DNA of 64,000 bases from an uncultured Bacteroidales bacterium. Its GTDB lineage: Bacteria > Bacteroidota > Bacteroidia > Bacteroidales > P3. This document shows, one piece after another, positions 9,132-18,692 of this stretch. The position numbers and the translations under genes were made by a program. Below the pieces are notes generated by a model. It was not told the origin of the DNA and ran no database searches. It worked only from the letters and a program-made list of their open reading frames with translations. Position 1 is the stretch's first letter. Each line of letters starts with the position of its first letter. The stretch is from contig CALGCG010000024.1 of assembly GCA_937884485.1 (NCBI GenBank), positions 20,868-84,867 on the forward strand, given 5' to 3'.

Positions 9132-10598
9132 TTACCTTTTCCTTTTCTTCAGGCGTTCTTGGCTGGCACGCTTCCAACGCTCAACAATCTCCTCGGTAAC
9201 GGGGGTGCGTTGGATGATGAGAGCCATACGGTTGTTCTCCTGCGGGTCGTAGTGTGTGATGCCTCCAATGGGCACCTGGATGAGCTGGTTGCTGCTCATG
9301 CCACTATTGACAAGCATGTCAAACGCTTCTTGGGCACGATGCTCGGAGAGCCATTGGTTGTGGCGTATTGAACCTGTGGCGGAGTCTGCGGCGCCAATAA
9401 TATAGAATTCAATGGTGTCATCAAGGTGGCGGGCTTCTTTGTAGAAGTCCTGCAGACGTTTGGTGGCGTTGTAGTCAAGGTCCCACTTGTCGAGCTGATA
9501 GTAGACGATAGCTGCGGGAAGGTTGAGCACTTCATTGACGTCAAGCAGCTCGTCGATGACGCTGAAGGGTCTCGGACCATAACCACCTTCGCTAATGATG
9601 CGGTTGCGCTCTTCGTTGGCAGCACGCAGCTCGTTGTCAAGTGAGTCGATGCGGATAGAATCGAGAGCCTCACGCTGACCTGATTTATCTATAATGGAGT
9701 CAATCTGGTGACTTAAGTGTTCAATTTTACCATTGAGATTTTGGAGTGTGTTGCGCGAACCAAAGGCCAGGAACTCGTGGTTCACTTTCTCGCGGGTGCT
9801 TGTCTTGGTGTAGCGATTGTATTTCGTGACTGTTTTGAGGAGGTTCAACTTGACGGCAACGTTGAAAGAGGGGATAATGTCAAATATTGTACGGGAGTTG
9901 TCGTAAGGCGACCAGTCCCAAGTAGATTCAGAACCAAAGAGTTCGACGGAGGCATTCATTGCGAAATGCTCGGAGAATGTGTATTCGGCACCGATACGTA
10001 AAGAATATGCCAACTCGAAATTGCGGCGGAAAGAGCCAAGCTCATACTTTCCATTGGGGTTTTCTTGGCTTCCGAAGAGCATGGATGCTCCAAGTCCGAT
10101 GGGCGTAAACCAGTGTAAACGATGGCGCCGTCCCTGCTCGTAGCCATTGAGGAAGTTTGTCCAGTCGAATGTGACAAATCCCATGGCAGTGATGGCATAT
10201 GCGTGGAAAGGTTGGTATGGATAATAACCGGAGACTGAGTCGGCTGTGATATTGGTAAAGTCGATGAATGGCTGCAGGCCATAGCGCGACTGTCCGTCGA
10301 CGTTCATGAAATTCAACCTGAGAGAGACGGCCAAGTCCGGGATTATCCATTTACCAATCTCTGCACTGATGTTGAAGTTGAGTTTGTTTTGACGCGCAGA
10401 CGACTCAATTTCGTTGCCTATAAAGGTTTGGATACCACCTCCGAGGTTGATATACCAGTTGTCAAATGGTGATGCAATGATATATAGGAGCGTGTCTCGG
10501 TCGGCACCAAGGGAGAATCCTCTGCGGTCGAATCTCTGAGCCCACATGCTAGAGGTACTTGCAATTAGTAAGATTAGTATTGTGAATGTTTTCTTCAT
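9132..10598 (-). CDS. OmpA-family protein with N-terminal beta-barrel-like region, coiled-coil linker and C-terminal OmpA peptidoglycan-binding domain
   Basis: Signal peptide ...STSSMWAQ. Central heptad-like region (LQNLNGKIEHLSHQIDSII...ELRAANEERNRI). The C-terminus FYIIGAADSATGSIRHNQWLSEHRAQEAFDMLV resembles OmpA_C. Starts 21 nt after the wzc stop. Confidence 0.75.
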   Translation of the reverse strand: MKKTFTILILLIASTSSMWAQRFDRRGFSLGADRDTLLYIIASPFDNWYINLGGGIQTFIGNEIESSARQNKLNFNISAEIGKWIIPDLAVSLRLNFMNVDGQSRYGLQPFIDFTNITADSVSGYYPYQPFHAYAITAMGFVTFDWTNFLNGYEQGRRHRLHWFTPIGLGASMLFGSQENPNGKYELGSFRRNFELAYSLRIGAEYTFSEHFAMNASVELFGSESTWDWSPYDNSRTIFDIIPSFNVAVKLNLLKTVTKYNRYTKTSTREKVNHEFLAFGSRNTLQNLNGKIEHLSHQIDSIIDKSGQREALDSIRIDSLDNELRAANEERNRIISEGGYGPRPFSVIDELLDVNEVLNLPAAIVYYQLDKWDLDYNATKRLQDFYKEARHLDDTIEFYIIGAADSATGSIRHNQWLSEHRAQEAFDMLVNSGMSSNQLIQVPIGGITHYDPQENNRMALIIQRTPVTEEIVERWKRASQERLKKRKR

Positions 10599-10619
10599 AT
10601 AAATATAGTATTTATATTT

Positions 10620-13064
10620 TTATTTATTATTATCTTCGTTTTCTTCTTCTTCACTTTTTTTACGTTCGTCTTCGCCATAGCCATAGCCGTAACCATAACC
10701 ATAGCCATATCCGTAGCCGTAACCATAGCCGTAACCATACCCATATCCGTAGCCGTATTTCTTCTCGTACGGCATGAGTTTCTTGTATCGGACATCGTTG
10801 AGGACGATGGCAAGGTTGGGGAACATGTGCTCTTTGTACATCTCGTCCAGCTCGCTCAGTAGGCGTTTGTCGAATTTGTTGTGTCGGACGATGAATATGG
10901 TGTTGTCGATATAGGGTTTGATGATGTCAGTGTCTACCACGAGGCCGGTAGGAGCGGTGTCGAGAATAATATAGTCATAGTTTTGGCGCAGTTCACTGAT
11001 GAGATGGCTAAAACGATTGTTGCTGAGTAGTTCGGTTGGATTGGGTGGTATTGGGCCGGTGAAGATGCTGTCTACGCCATTGCTGATAAGGTCGTGTTTG
11101 ACCAGTGCGCGCCAGTCGTCGGTTTTACCTGCCAGATAGGAGGAAAGTCCGCTATGTTTGCGCGAATAAAATTTGCGGGTGAGTGACCCTTTGCGCAAGT
11201 CGAGGTCCAAAATGATGATTTTCTTGTTGGCGGCACCAAAGCTGGATGCAAGGTTGGCTGAGACAAAGGTCTTACCCATGCCGGGAAGGATGGAGGTGAC
11301 CATTAGCACCTTGCTGTTACCTTCGTTGCTGCTGCCAAGAAAATCAATCTTGGTGCGTAGTAGACGGAACGACTCTGACATGGCGTCGTGGTCATGGTTC
11401 GTCATGACTATTTCGCGGTCGTCATCTTTCTCGCGGCTAGGAATTTCGCAGAGGAAGGGTATGTCGGTTGCTGCGAGTATGTCGTTATGGTATTTAACTT
11501 TAGTGTCGAGTAGGCGGCGGAGGAAGAAGATGCCAACGGGGATTGCCAAGCCGATAAGGAGTCCCATGAGTGTGGTGCGGGTCTCGTTGGGCGAGACAGG
11601 TGTACGATTGATTCGGGCGGGGTCGAGTACTTTACCATTCGGTTCAATCGAAGGACGGCTAATCATTAGTTCCTCGCGGCGGCTGAGGAGGTGAAGGTAG
11701 AGCTCTTCTTTTATCTTCTGCAAGCGTTCCAGGTTTTCCAGATAGAGTTGCTGTTGGGGCACCTGGCTCATTTTGCTGGAAGCATTGGAGGCTTCAATCT
11801 GAGTCTCGGCAATGCGTTCTTGAATCATGCCGATGTATCCGTCCAGTAGGCGGTTCATGCTGGAACGGAGAGTTCGGATTTCCTCCGTCTTCGATTTCAC
11901 GACGGGGCTATTGGGACTCTGATATTTCTCGAGTTCGAGGACCAAGTTGTTGTGTTTGGATATGAGTTCCATGATGTTTTGGTCGTCAAGACCTATGGTG
12001 GGAGGAATGATATGGGCGGCTTCGCCGGATTGGTTGAATTGGGTCAGATAGCGTGCCTGAGAAAGTTGCTTTTTCAGGCGCTCGATTTCCTCGGATGATT
12101 GGATGCTTGATTGGAGATAATTTTGACCATAGGAGGATATATCAAGCAGTTGGTTTTCTCGTTTGAAATTGGCCAGGGCATTCTCCTGCGTGCCGAGGTC
12201 GGAATGGAGCATGGAGAGGCGCTGATTGATATAGTCGTAGGTCTCAGCAATGATGCGCTCTTTTTCTTTGATGGCATCATCGTTATAGACTTTGATGAGT
12301 TCGTTGATGACCTCCTGTGCGCGGATGGGGGAGGCGTCGTTCAGTGAGATGTTGACAATGGTGTTGAAGTCGTCGTCACGATAGACCGACAATGCAGAGC
12401 GATAATACTCGGCAATAGCGGACAAGCTGTTGTGGGTGACATTGATGGGAATACCATAAAATTCCGGGGTTAGGAACCATGTCTTATGGGCTACAATTCG
12501 ACCGAAAGGTGCTGCAACGGTGTCTTCGAACGTGATGTTGATGGGTTCGATGTCAGGCATCGTGAGCTCGAATTGCTTGTCGTCTTTGATGGTTGCAGTA
12601 AAGGTTATGTATTCTTCTTCGTTGTTGTCAATAAAGTCAATGGTGAGAGGTGTTTCTCCGTACAGGTCTTTTGTACGGTTGACGAGGCGGGTTTTGGTGG
12701 TATATCCGATGTTGAGTTTGAGGTTTTGGGATACTTCTGTGAGGGCAGATTTCGAAGTGAGAATCATCATCTCGTTATTGATGGAACTGTTGTAGAGCGC
12801 ACGGGTGGAGAACATGTTCTTGATGGAAGCCTCGCGTATGCCACTCTCGTTGTTGGTGGAAGAGCCTTTGATGAGTATTCGGGCGTGGCTGGCATAGACA
12901 CGGTTTTGATGGCGCACATAGTAGCCGGCGATGACAGCTCCCAGGACACCGCAGAGTATCAGCCAGTGGGCATTCCTCATCAGCGTGAAGAGGATATCCT
13001 TGATATGGATCTTCTGTGTTCTCTTTTCGTCGAGGAATGTGGTGTCGCTTTTAGTGTCTGCCAT
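10620..13064 (-). CDS. wzc: Polysaccharide co-polymerase / tyrosine autokinase (Wzc-like, PCP-2)
   Basis: 814 aa with an N-terminal TM, a long periplasmic coiled-coil and a second TM. The cytoplasmic kinase domain has Walker A (SILPGMGKTF) and IILDTAPTG, and the C-terminus is a Tyr cluster. Confidence 0.9.
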   Translation of the reverse strand: MADTKSDTTFLDEKRTQKIHIKDILFTLMRNAHWLILCGVLGAVIAGYYVRHQNRVYASHARILIKGSSTNNESGIREASIKNMFSTRALYNSSINNEMMILTSKSALTEVSQNLKLNIGYTTKTRLVNRTKDLYGETPLTIDFIDNNEEEYITFTATIKDDKQFELTMPDIEPINITFEDTVAAPFGRIVAHKTWFLTPEFYGIPINVTHNSLSAIAEYYRSALSVYRDDDFNTIVNISLNDASPIRAQEVINELIKVYNDDAIKEKERIIAETYDYINQRLSMLHSDLGTQENALANFKRENQLLDISSYGQNYLQSSIQSSEEIERLKKQLSQARYLTQFNQSGEAAHIIPPTIGLDDQNIMELISKHNNLVLELEKYQSPNSPVVKSKTEEIRTLRSSMNRLLDGYIGMIQERIAETQIEASNASSKMSQVPQQQLYLENLERLQKIKEELYLHLLSRREELMISRPSIEPNGKVLDPARINRTPVSPNETRTTLMGLLIGLAIPVGIFFLRRLLDTKVKYHNDILAATDIPFLCEIPSREKDDDREIVMTNHDHDAMSESFRLLRTKIDFLGSSNEGNSKVLMVTSILPGMGKTFVSANLASSFGAANKKIIILDLDLRKGSLTRKFYSRKHSGLSSYLAGKTDDWRALVKHDLISNGVDSIFTGPIPPNPTELLSNNRFSHLISELRQNYDYIILDTAPTGLVVDTDIIKPYIDNTIFIVRHNKFDKRLLSELDEMYKEHMFPNLAIVLNDVRYKKLMPYEKKYGYGYGYGYGYGYGYGYGYGYGYGYGYGEDERKKSEEEENEDNNK
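10674..10757 (-). repeat. Coding (Tyr-Gly)x14 dipeptide repeat at the Wzc C-terminus
   Basis: I counted 14 consecutive Tyr-Gly codon pairs on the DNA. Mixed synonymous codons are used (tac/tat; ggc/ggt/gga/ggg). An acidic/basic tail EDERKKSEEEENEDNNK follows. Confidence 0.95.
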
Positions 13065-13082
13065 AATTGTAGGGTTTGAGGA

Positions 13083-13877
13083 TTAGTTAATCTTCTTGAG
13101 TACGAGGAGTGAGATTACAAGTGAGAATGTCGAGAGGATGGTGGTTCCAATACCGAGCCAGTATGTTGCTTCGCTACGGACAATGCTGTTGTCGTAGGTG
13201 TCGGCAATGATAAAGTCATTCTGTTGAAGCATGAAAAAGGGGTCGTTGAAGACGTCGGACGATCGCGGGTCCAGATAGCGCACTACCATCTGTCCGTCTA
13301 TTTCACGCATGACGGCGATGTGGTCGCGGCGGGTATGGAGGCTGACGTTGCTGCCCAGCATGGCCAGTGCCTCGAGGAAGGTGCAGCGCTCGTTGGAAAT
13401 ATTAAGCACTTGTCCTTTGCCTCCCCCGAGGAAGAATATTTTAAAGTTATTGAATCGAACCATGACGAAGGGCTCGTCGATATAGCCACCTTGTTTGAGC
13501 ATGGCGGTAAGCGTGTCTTGAAGCTTGAGGCGGGTAAGTCCGGCGACATGGATGTTGCCGAGGATGGGCATCTGGATGTCTCCGTTGATGTCAACCAAAT
13601 AGCAGGCTCCATTGGTGTTGCTGGCGTTGCCGATGCCCAAGACATTCCCGAGATTGAAAGGGGTTGCCAGCTCTTTTTTGCTGCTGGAAGTTGTGACGGT
13701 GATGTTCAATTCGTCATAGGGGACAATGGCTGCCTCGAATTTGTTTTCAATCTCAATCTGACTGCCATGATGCAAGTCTTGCAGATAGTTCACCCTTCGG
13801 GGAGTGACACACGATGAGGCAAATAGTGTTGCCGCAATGAATGTGATTGTGAGCAGTATTTTCCCTCTATTTGACAT
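13083..13877 (-). CDS. wza: Polysaccharide export protein (Wza-like)
   Basis: 264 aa with lipoprotein-type signal ...LFASSC and a C-terminal hydrophobic helix. Poly_export/SLBB-like sequence, located directly upstream of wzc. Confidence 0.85.
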   Translation of the reverse strand: MSNRGKILLTITFIAATLFASSCVTPRRVNYLQDLHHGSQIEIENKFEAAIVPYDELNITVTTSSSKKELATPFNLGNVLGIGNASNTNGACYLVDINGDIQMPILGNIHVAGLTRLKLQDTLTAMLKQGGYIDEPFVMVRFNNFKIFFLGGGKGQVLNISNERCTFLEALAMLGSNVSLHTRRDHIAVMREIDGQMVVRYLDPRSSDVFNDPFFMLQQNDFIIADTYDNSIVRSEATYWLGIGTTILSTFSLVISLLVLKKIN

Positions 13878-13957
13878 CGGATGAATTGCCTGTTTTTGAG
13901 TTTAAGTCCTTGTTGTTTAGTATGTTATATATATGTTTATCCGTATTTGATAAATTG

Positions 13958-13965
13958 CAAATATA
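13958..13965 (-). promoter_or_regulatory. -7-like box TATATTTG in the AT-rich gap upstream of wza
   Basis: Minus-strand TATATTTG, 81 nt upstream of the wza ATG, in a 176-bp AT-rich gap. No canonically spaced -33 TTTG. Confidence 0.3.
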
Positions 13966-14053
13966 TCGATTTTTTTTCAATTATAATTCTTAAAAATGCA
14001 TAAATAATCCCCGATTTTAGGGGTGGGGTTGCAACTATATGATAATTAGAATG

Positions 14054-15121
14054 TTATGATATTATTTTTTTTAGGATTGTCTCAGCGGCAGTCCCGTTGC
14101 CGAAATGGGCGTATTGATTTGGTATTTTGTCAACTAATTTTTCTGTGGCATCAATGATTTTCTTTTCAGAAGCATCTGCCAAAATGGCGGCTCCGTCTTC
14201 CACAAGTTCTATCCACTCGGTTTCCGGTCGGAGAATGACGCAGCTTTTCTGGCAGAAGAAGGCCTCTTTCTGTAATCCCCCGCTGTCGGTCAGCACAAGG
14301 CGGCATCGTTGTAAGGCCGCAAGGGTCTCAAGATAAGAGAGTGGTTCAACAACGTGGATTTTGGCTAAAAGATATGCAAGATTCATAGAATCAATACACT
14401 TACGTGTTCTGGGATGCAGCGGTAGCACTATTCCACAGTTGAAGTGTTCTGTAATTGTGTTCAGCGATGAAAGTATGTGTTTTAGCCTTCCCGGATTGTC
14501 TGTGTTGAAGTCGCGGTGCAGGGTGGCAAGGATGTATGAATCCTGGATGGGTTTTGTCCTCTGCAGGGCGATGGATGAGTATCGCAGCACGTTGTCGTAC
14601 ATCACGTCGCCGCTGAATACAACCTCTTCTGTAAATCCTTCGTGCCTCAGGTTTTGTATGGCTGTTTGTGTCGGCGCGAAAAGCAGCGTCGACACATGGT
14701 CGGCAACTATACGGTTGATTTCCTCTGGCATGTTGCGGTTGAATGAGCGTAATCCAGCCTCGACGTGGTAGACAGGGATATGCAGCTTTGAAGCAGCCAA
14801 GGCTCCTGCCAGGGTGGAGTTGGTGTCGCCGTAGACCAGCACACCATCGTAGCGGTTCTGTAACAGTATTTCCTCTATGCCGCTCATCATCAGTCCCGTC
14901 TGCTTTCCGTGGGTGCCGGAGCCTACACCGAGGTTGTACCTTGGGAGGGGAATGTCCAGCTCGGCGAAGAACTGGCCCGACATGGCATCGTCGTAGTGCT
15001 GCCCCGTGTGAAGGATATCCTCTTGCAGGTCGGATGCATAGTTTTCCCTGATAGTATGGGAGATAGCTGCCGCTTTGATGAATTGCGGACGTGCTCCGAC
15101 AATGGTAAGTATTTTCTTCAT
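14054..15121 (-). CDS. wecB: UDP-N-acetylglucosamine 2-epimerase (non-hydrolysing), copy 1
   Basis: MKKILTIVGARPQFIKAA...HTGQHYD...GSGTHGKQTG...LVYGDTNSTLAGALAA. Classic WecB/Epimerase_2 motifs. Confidence 0.9.
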   Translation of the reverse strand: MKKILTIVGARPQFIKAAAISHTIRENYASDLQEDILHTGQHYDDAMSGQFFAELDIPLPRYNLGVGSGTHGKQTGLMMSGIEEILLQNRYDGVLVYGDTNSTLAGALAASKLHIPVYHVEAGLRSFNRNMPEEINRIVADHVSTLLFAPTQTAIQNLRHEGFTEEVVFSGDVMYDNVLRYSSIALQRTKPIQDSYILATLHRDFNTDNPGRLKHILSSLNTITEHFNCGIVLPLHPRTRKCIDSMNLAYLLAKIHVVEPLSYLETLAALQRCRLVLTDSGGLQKEAFFCQKSCVILRPETEWIELVEDGAAILADASEKKIIDATEKLVDKIPNQYAHFGNGTAAETILKKIIS

Positions 15122-15856
15122 TTATCTAATTGATACTATGACTCTTTTGACTATATTTTTATTGCCTTGCATCACGGCCTCTTTTATCCATTGTGCACCA
15201 AAGGGCATCCACCGTTGCGGGTGGGTGTTGACGAGGAGCGCTTTCTGGTGTATGGGGTGATGTATGTTGTTGAGAGCATGTATGATGTCGTCTGTAGAGT
15301 GGAACGTAAGCCCTGCTTTGTTCCACTCTTCTTGGTACTGTGGTACCTTGTCCCTTACCGCCACGCGGTAGCCGTCCCACCGGCGGCCAGTGTCGGTGAG
15401 GTAGAGGGTGGTGGAGAAATCGGTGTCGATCATGGATTCGTGTTCAATGCCAAGTGCATGGTAATCGTATTGATTCCAAAGGTCTTGGCTGTTCCATTTC
15501 GATTTTGGACTGCCGTGAGCACAAACTGCTTTCACATCGGCAATCTTCCTCAGTTCTTCCAGGTTCCTGCAGAAGTCCTCGTATGCCGCTGCCAGGTTTC
15601 CGTTGCAGGTGGTCAGGCACTCGTAGTGGTAGCCTACCTCATGTCCGAGAGCTGCAATTGCTTTGATGGTGTCCTTGTGGGATGCAAAGTGCATGGAACG
15701 AAAGTAGTATGTGGCTCTCGCCCCCGTCTGTGCCTCCTCTTGCGCAACCCTCAGCGAAAAGAGTGGTCTGGCGTCCACATCATGCCTGATTCTATGGTCT
15801 TTATGCTGTTTTAGCGCGTCAAGCAGCTCGTTGTATTTCTCTATGGTGAAGTCCAT
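15122..15856 (-). CDS. Hypothetical protein, possibly polysaccharide-deacetylase-like
   Basis: 244 aa. Motifs RHDVDARP...GHEVGYHYE are reminiscent of divergent CE4/NodB-fold enzymes. The stop abuts the wecB start. Weak call. Confidence 0.4.
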   Translation of the reverse strand: MDFTIEKYNELLDALKQHKDHRIRHDVDARPLFSLRVAQEEAQTGARATYYFRSMHFASHKDTIKAIAALGHEVGYHYECLTTCNGNLAAAYEDFCRNLEELRKIADVKAVCAHGSPKSKWNSQDLWNQYDYHALGIEHESMIDTDFSTTLYLTDTGRRWDGYRVAVRDKVPQYQEEWNKAGLTFHSTDDIIHALNNIHHPIHQKALLVNTHPQRWMPFGAQWIKEAVMQGNKNIVKRVIVSIR

Positions 15857-15857
15857 G

Positions 15858-16892
15858 CTATTTTTTCAGATTTTCAATGAAGTTTGTGAAAAAGGATGCC
15901 ACATCGATCTTGTCCGACAGCATTTTTTCTCTTCTTCGCTGGAATGTTTCCCTGAGGTTTTCTGTTAGCATCATGGACACAGTATTGTAGAGCCTGTCCG
16001 GGTCGCTTGTCGGTATGCCGACGGTTAGTTGGTATGTCTTCTCTAACTCTTCGAGTACTCCTATTCGTCCTGCGAAGTCGTTGAACCGGATTGACGGTGT
16101 TCCCAGCATGGCCGCTTCAACGGCCATGCTTTGGCTGTCGCCGATGTAGATTTTGGCAAAGGCCATGATATGGTGTATGTCGAGGGGGTTGATTTGCAAC
16201 CGATGTTCTTCAAGGCCGGCCGGCAGAGGCCGCTCGGAGGTGATGTAGACATCGCCGTGAGGTGCAAGCATTTCGACCAGTTTGCGGGCAATTGTGTCGG
16301 TGATGCCGTGGGCATGGGCACTCACGTCATGATAGGCGTTAAGTTGTGCAAAGCGGAGTAGGAAATAGGGGCGGTCGTGCGGGAAGTAGCGGTCGACCAC
16401 TGCGGGGTCGGGGGTGAAGCGGCAAGGGTGCAGGTATGCAAGTTTGTGGAAGCCCTCATAGTGTGTGGTTTTGCCTTCGAGAGGTCCGTTGTTGCAGGAT
16501 ACGGGCGAGAGGTACTGGTCGGCAAAGGGTTTGACGGCTTTTATGAATTGGGGAACGATGGTGGCATCATCCTCGGCCATCACCACCGAGCGTCTCCGAA
16601 GCAGCCATGCTACCTGAGCCACTTCGGGCGTGGAGCCGACCAAAATGTTCACCCTGTGTCTGAGGGTGAACCAGAACACTCGCCACAACCTTAAGGCCAA
16701 GGTGATTGCCGATTTGCGGCCGCTGGGCAGGATGTTGACGTAGTCCAGGCCGGAGGCTTTGAGCAAATCCTCCAGTATGTCTTTCTTTCGGATGAGGATA
16801 TATGTTTGGTGCCCATCGCGTTGCAGGTCGGCGATGGTGTTCTTGTACAGGTGGAAGTGGGCGGGGTGCCCCAACTGGAAAAGGATTCTCAT
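15858..16892 (-). CDS. DUF354-like protein (GT-B-like fold)
   Basis: N-terminus MRILFQLGHPAHFHLYKNTIADLQRDGHQ resembles the DUF354 family as recalled. 344 aa. Confidence 0.55.
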   Translation of the reverse strand: MRILFQLGHPAHFHLYKNTIADLQRDGHQTYILIRKKDILEDLLKASGLDYVNILPSGRKSAITLALRLWRVFWFTLRHRVNILVGSTPEVAQVAWLLRRRSVVMAEDDATIVPQFIKAVKPFADQYLSPVSCNNGPLEGKTTHYEGFHKLAYLHPCRFTPDPAVVDRYFPHDRPYFLLRFAQLNAYHDVSAHAHGITDTIARKLVEMLAPHGDVYITSERPLPAGLEEHRLQINPLDIHHIMAFAKIYIGDSQSMAVEAAMLGTPSIRFNDFAGRIGVLEELEKTYQLTVGIPTSDPDRLYNTVSMMLTENLRETFQRRREKMLSDKIDVASFFTNFIENLKK

Positions 16893-17386
16893 AACTGTTT
16901 GATTATCTTGGCAGGCACGCCGCCCACCAGGCAGTGTGCCGGTACATCGCGCGTGACTACCGCCCCGGTGGCCACAACTGCCTCGTCACCGATGTTGACG
17001 CCGTAGATGATTGTCACATTGGGCATTATCCATACGCGTTTCCCGATATTGACGGGTTTGACGGTGAGGGGGTATATCTCTTTGAGAGGTGTTTGTGTCG
17101 GTATGCAGCCGTGGGCGGTGATGGTGCAGCGGTCGCCGATGGCGGTGTCGTCACCAATGGTGATCTGCTCTGGGAAAGCGCGGTCGAAGAGGCAGTCGTG
17201 TCCGATATACACTCTCTTCCCTACGTGTACACCACTCCAGCGGTACATCCTGGCCCGCCACCCTTTGAAGGGGATGAAGAACATGAGGCGTGACAGCGAG
17301 AACCGCCACAGTTGGATGAAGGTGTACTTGATTTTTCCGGCGGGGGTGTCAAGGCCGTGATATTGAAGTATTTCTTTGCTGGGCAT
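16889..17386 (-). CDS. Hexapeptide-repeat (LbH) acyl/acetyltransferase
   Basis: Repeated [LIV]-G-x4 hexapeptides (IGDDTAIGDRCTI..., IGKRVWIMPNVTIIYGVNIGDEAVVATGAVV) and C-terminal VGGVPAKIIKQL. Confidence 0.8.
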   Translation of the reverse strand: MPSKEILQYHGLDTPAGKIKYTFIQLWRFSLSRLMFFIPFKGWRARMYRWSGVHVGKRVYIGHDCLFDRAFPEQITIGDDTAIGDRCTITAHGCIPTQTPLKEIYPLTVKPVNIGKRVWIMPNVTIIYGVNIGDEAVVATGAVVTRDVPAHCLVGGVPAKIIKQL

Positions 17387-17402
17387 GAATTGTGTATTTC
17401 AT

Positions 17403-18692
17403 TTACTCTGTAATGGTGACTAAACGCTTGTTGTTGTGCATTAAAGGTATTTGTTGCACTTTCTCTACAGTCACCGTGCATCCTAACTCCTTGGTCCAAT
17501 GGCTTATAATCTCCTGCTCCTTTTTTTCTGTAAAAAACGGGGTGACCACAAGTCGGAGTGTGATGGATTTATCCTTGCGATATACAACCTGGAATGCTTT
17601 TACCATGTCGTGGCCTTCGTCGTCATAACGGCTCAGGTATTCGTCCAGGGTGTAAACGGTCAGGCGCTTGCCATGTATGTCAAGAATGGTTTCACAGTCG
17701 TGGCCGATTATGCGATGGATTATGCCGTCTTTCATCTCCACGAGGTCGAGGGTGTCGTAGCGTATGAATGGCTGTGCCAGGTTCCAGAAATCGGTGCTGA
17801 CAACGCGGCCGATGCCGTTGACGACGGGATTTCCGTTGTCGTCGAGGACCTCCATCACGCCATACGGAAGGGTTTGGTGGTAGCCGTCGTGCAGGGGTGT
17901 TTCATAGGTATTCATGGTCCCTTCGCACGAGTATGAATCTATGATGTCGCAGCCAAATGCCAGTTCCACGTCTTTTCTGGTTGCGTCGGTCAGGTTGCTC
18001 CCTGTCGTGAAGATGCGCTTGGGGTTGTGCGAAAATTCTGGATGCTGTATCTTGTAGTGCGCCAATAGGCTGAGGGGGGCAGGGTAGGAGCGCAAAAAGA
18101 GCGGTTTTTCGCGTTCTATCTGTTGCAGTATTTCATGTAGGCGTGTGTCGTCCAACGAGTAGAAAGTAACATAGCTGCTGCGGTTCACCCAGTCCTGCGC
18201 CCGTTTGGCAAACGTCTCGCGTGCCGAGCGCTTGATGTTCATATATCGATTCCCCAGACGATAGCCGGCTTTATACCACGTCAGCAGTTTGGCTGCGGTG
18301 TTGATCGAGGTCGCCTCGGGGGAGGTGTAGTAGGTGAACGGCTCTCCGGTGGAGCCGCTGGAATTCAGTTTTATGCGTTTGGATGCCGGATAGCAGTCGG
18401 AGGCGAAGCGGGCCAACCCCTGTTCCCGTATGATTTGTTTGCTGACAATGGGCAGCTTGCGCAAATCTTCGAATGAACGTATGCTATCGCGCTCCAGGCC
18501 AAGGTCTTGGTAGTACGGCACATGCTCGATGGCCAGATTGGCAATGTCGCGCAGTTTGGCACAGCGGAAGTCAAGCATCTGTTGCTCGCTCCATTGCTCG
18601 CTCTGCTTGAGAAAGCGCATGTCGCGATAGACGTTTTGATTGGTAGCCCAGTCGCTTAGGGGCAGTATAATATGCTCATGAATGAATGCCAT
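17403..18692 (-). CDS. CapK/PaaK-like adenylate-forming enzyme (phenylacetate-CoA-ligase family)
   Basis: AMP-binding motif LNSSGSTGEPFTYY. Start chosen at Met 18692 (MAFIHEHIILP), because the listed N-terminal extension overlaps the GT4 gene in another frame. Confidence 0.75.
   Translation of the reverse strand: MAFIHEHIILPLSDWATNQNVYRDMRFLKQSEQWSEQQMLDFRCAKLRDIANLAIEHVPYYQDLGLERDSIRSFEDLRKLPIVSKQIIREQGLARFASDCYPASKRIKLNSSGSTGEPFTYYTSPEATSINTAAKLLTWYKAGYRLGNRYMNIKRSARETFAKRAQDWVNRSSYVTFYSLDDTRLHEILQQIEREKPLFLRSYPAPLSLLAHYKIQHPEFSHNPKRIFTTGSNLTDATRKDVELAFGCDIIDSYSCEGTMNTYETPLHDGYHQTLPYGVMEVLDDNGNPVVNGIGRVVSTDFWNLAQPFIRYDTLDLVEMKDGIIHRIIGHDCETILDIHGKRLTVYTLDEYLSRYDDEGHDMVKAFQVVYRKDKSITLRLVVTPFFTEKKEQEIISHWTKELGCTVTVEKVQQIPLMHNNKRLVTITE

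Noticed and set aside
8779-9252. ORFs 8779..9006 on the minus strand and 9016..9252 on the plus strand, in the island boundary gap.
   Set aside because: They read straight through strong terminator hairpins or into the OmpA-family gene on the wrong strand. There are no motifs and the composition is atypical.
10586-10813. Small ORFs 10586..10777 on the plus strand and 10595..10813 on the minus strand, across the YG-repeat DNA.
   Set aside because: They are artefacts of the repetitive codon tract at the end of wzc. The translations are His/Ser/Arg or Met/Val/Thr/Ala repeats.
14010-14024. Small hairpin ccccgattttagggg after wecB copy 1, considered as a terminator separating wza-wzc from the rest of the locus.
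   Set aside because: The stem is only 4-5 bp and no U-tract follows on the transcribed strand. This is too weak to call.
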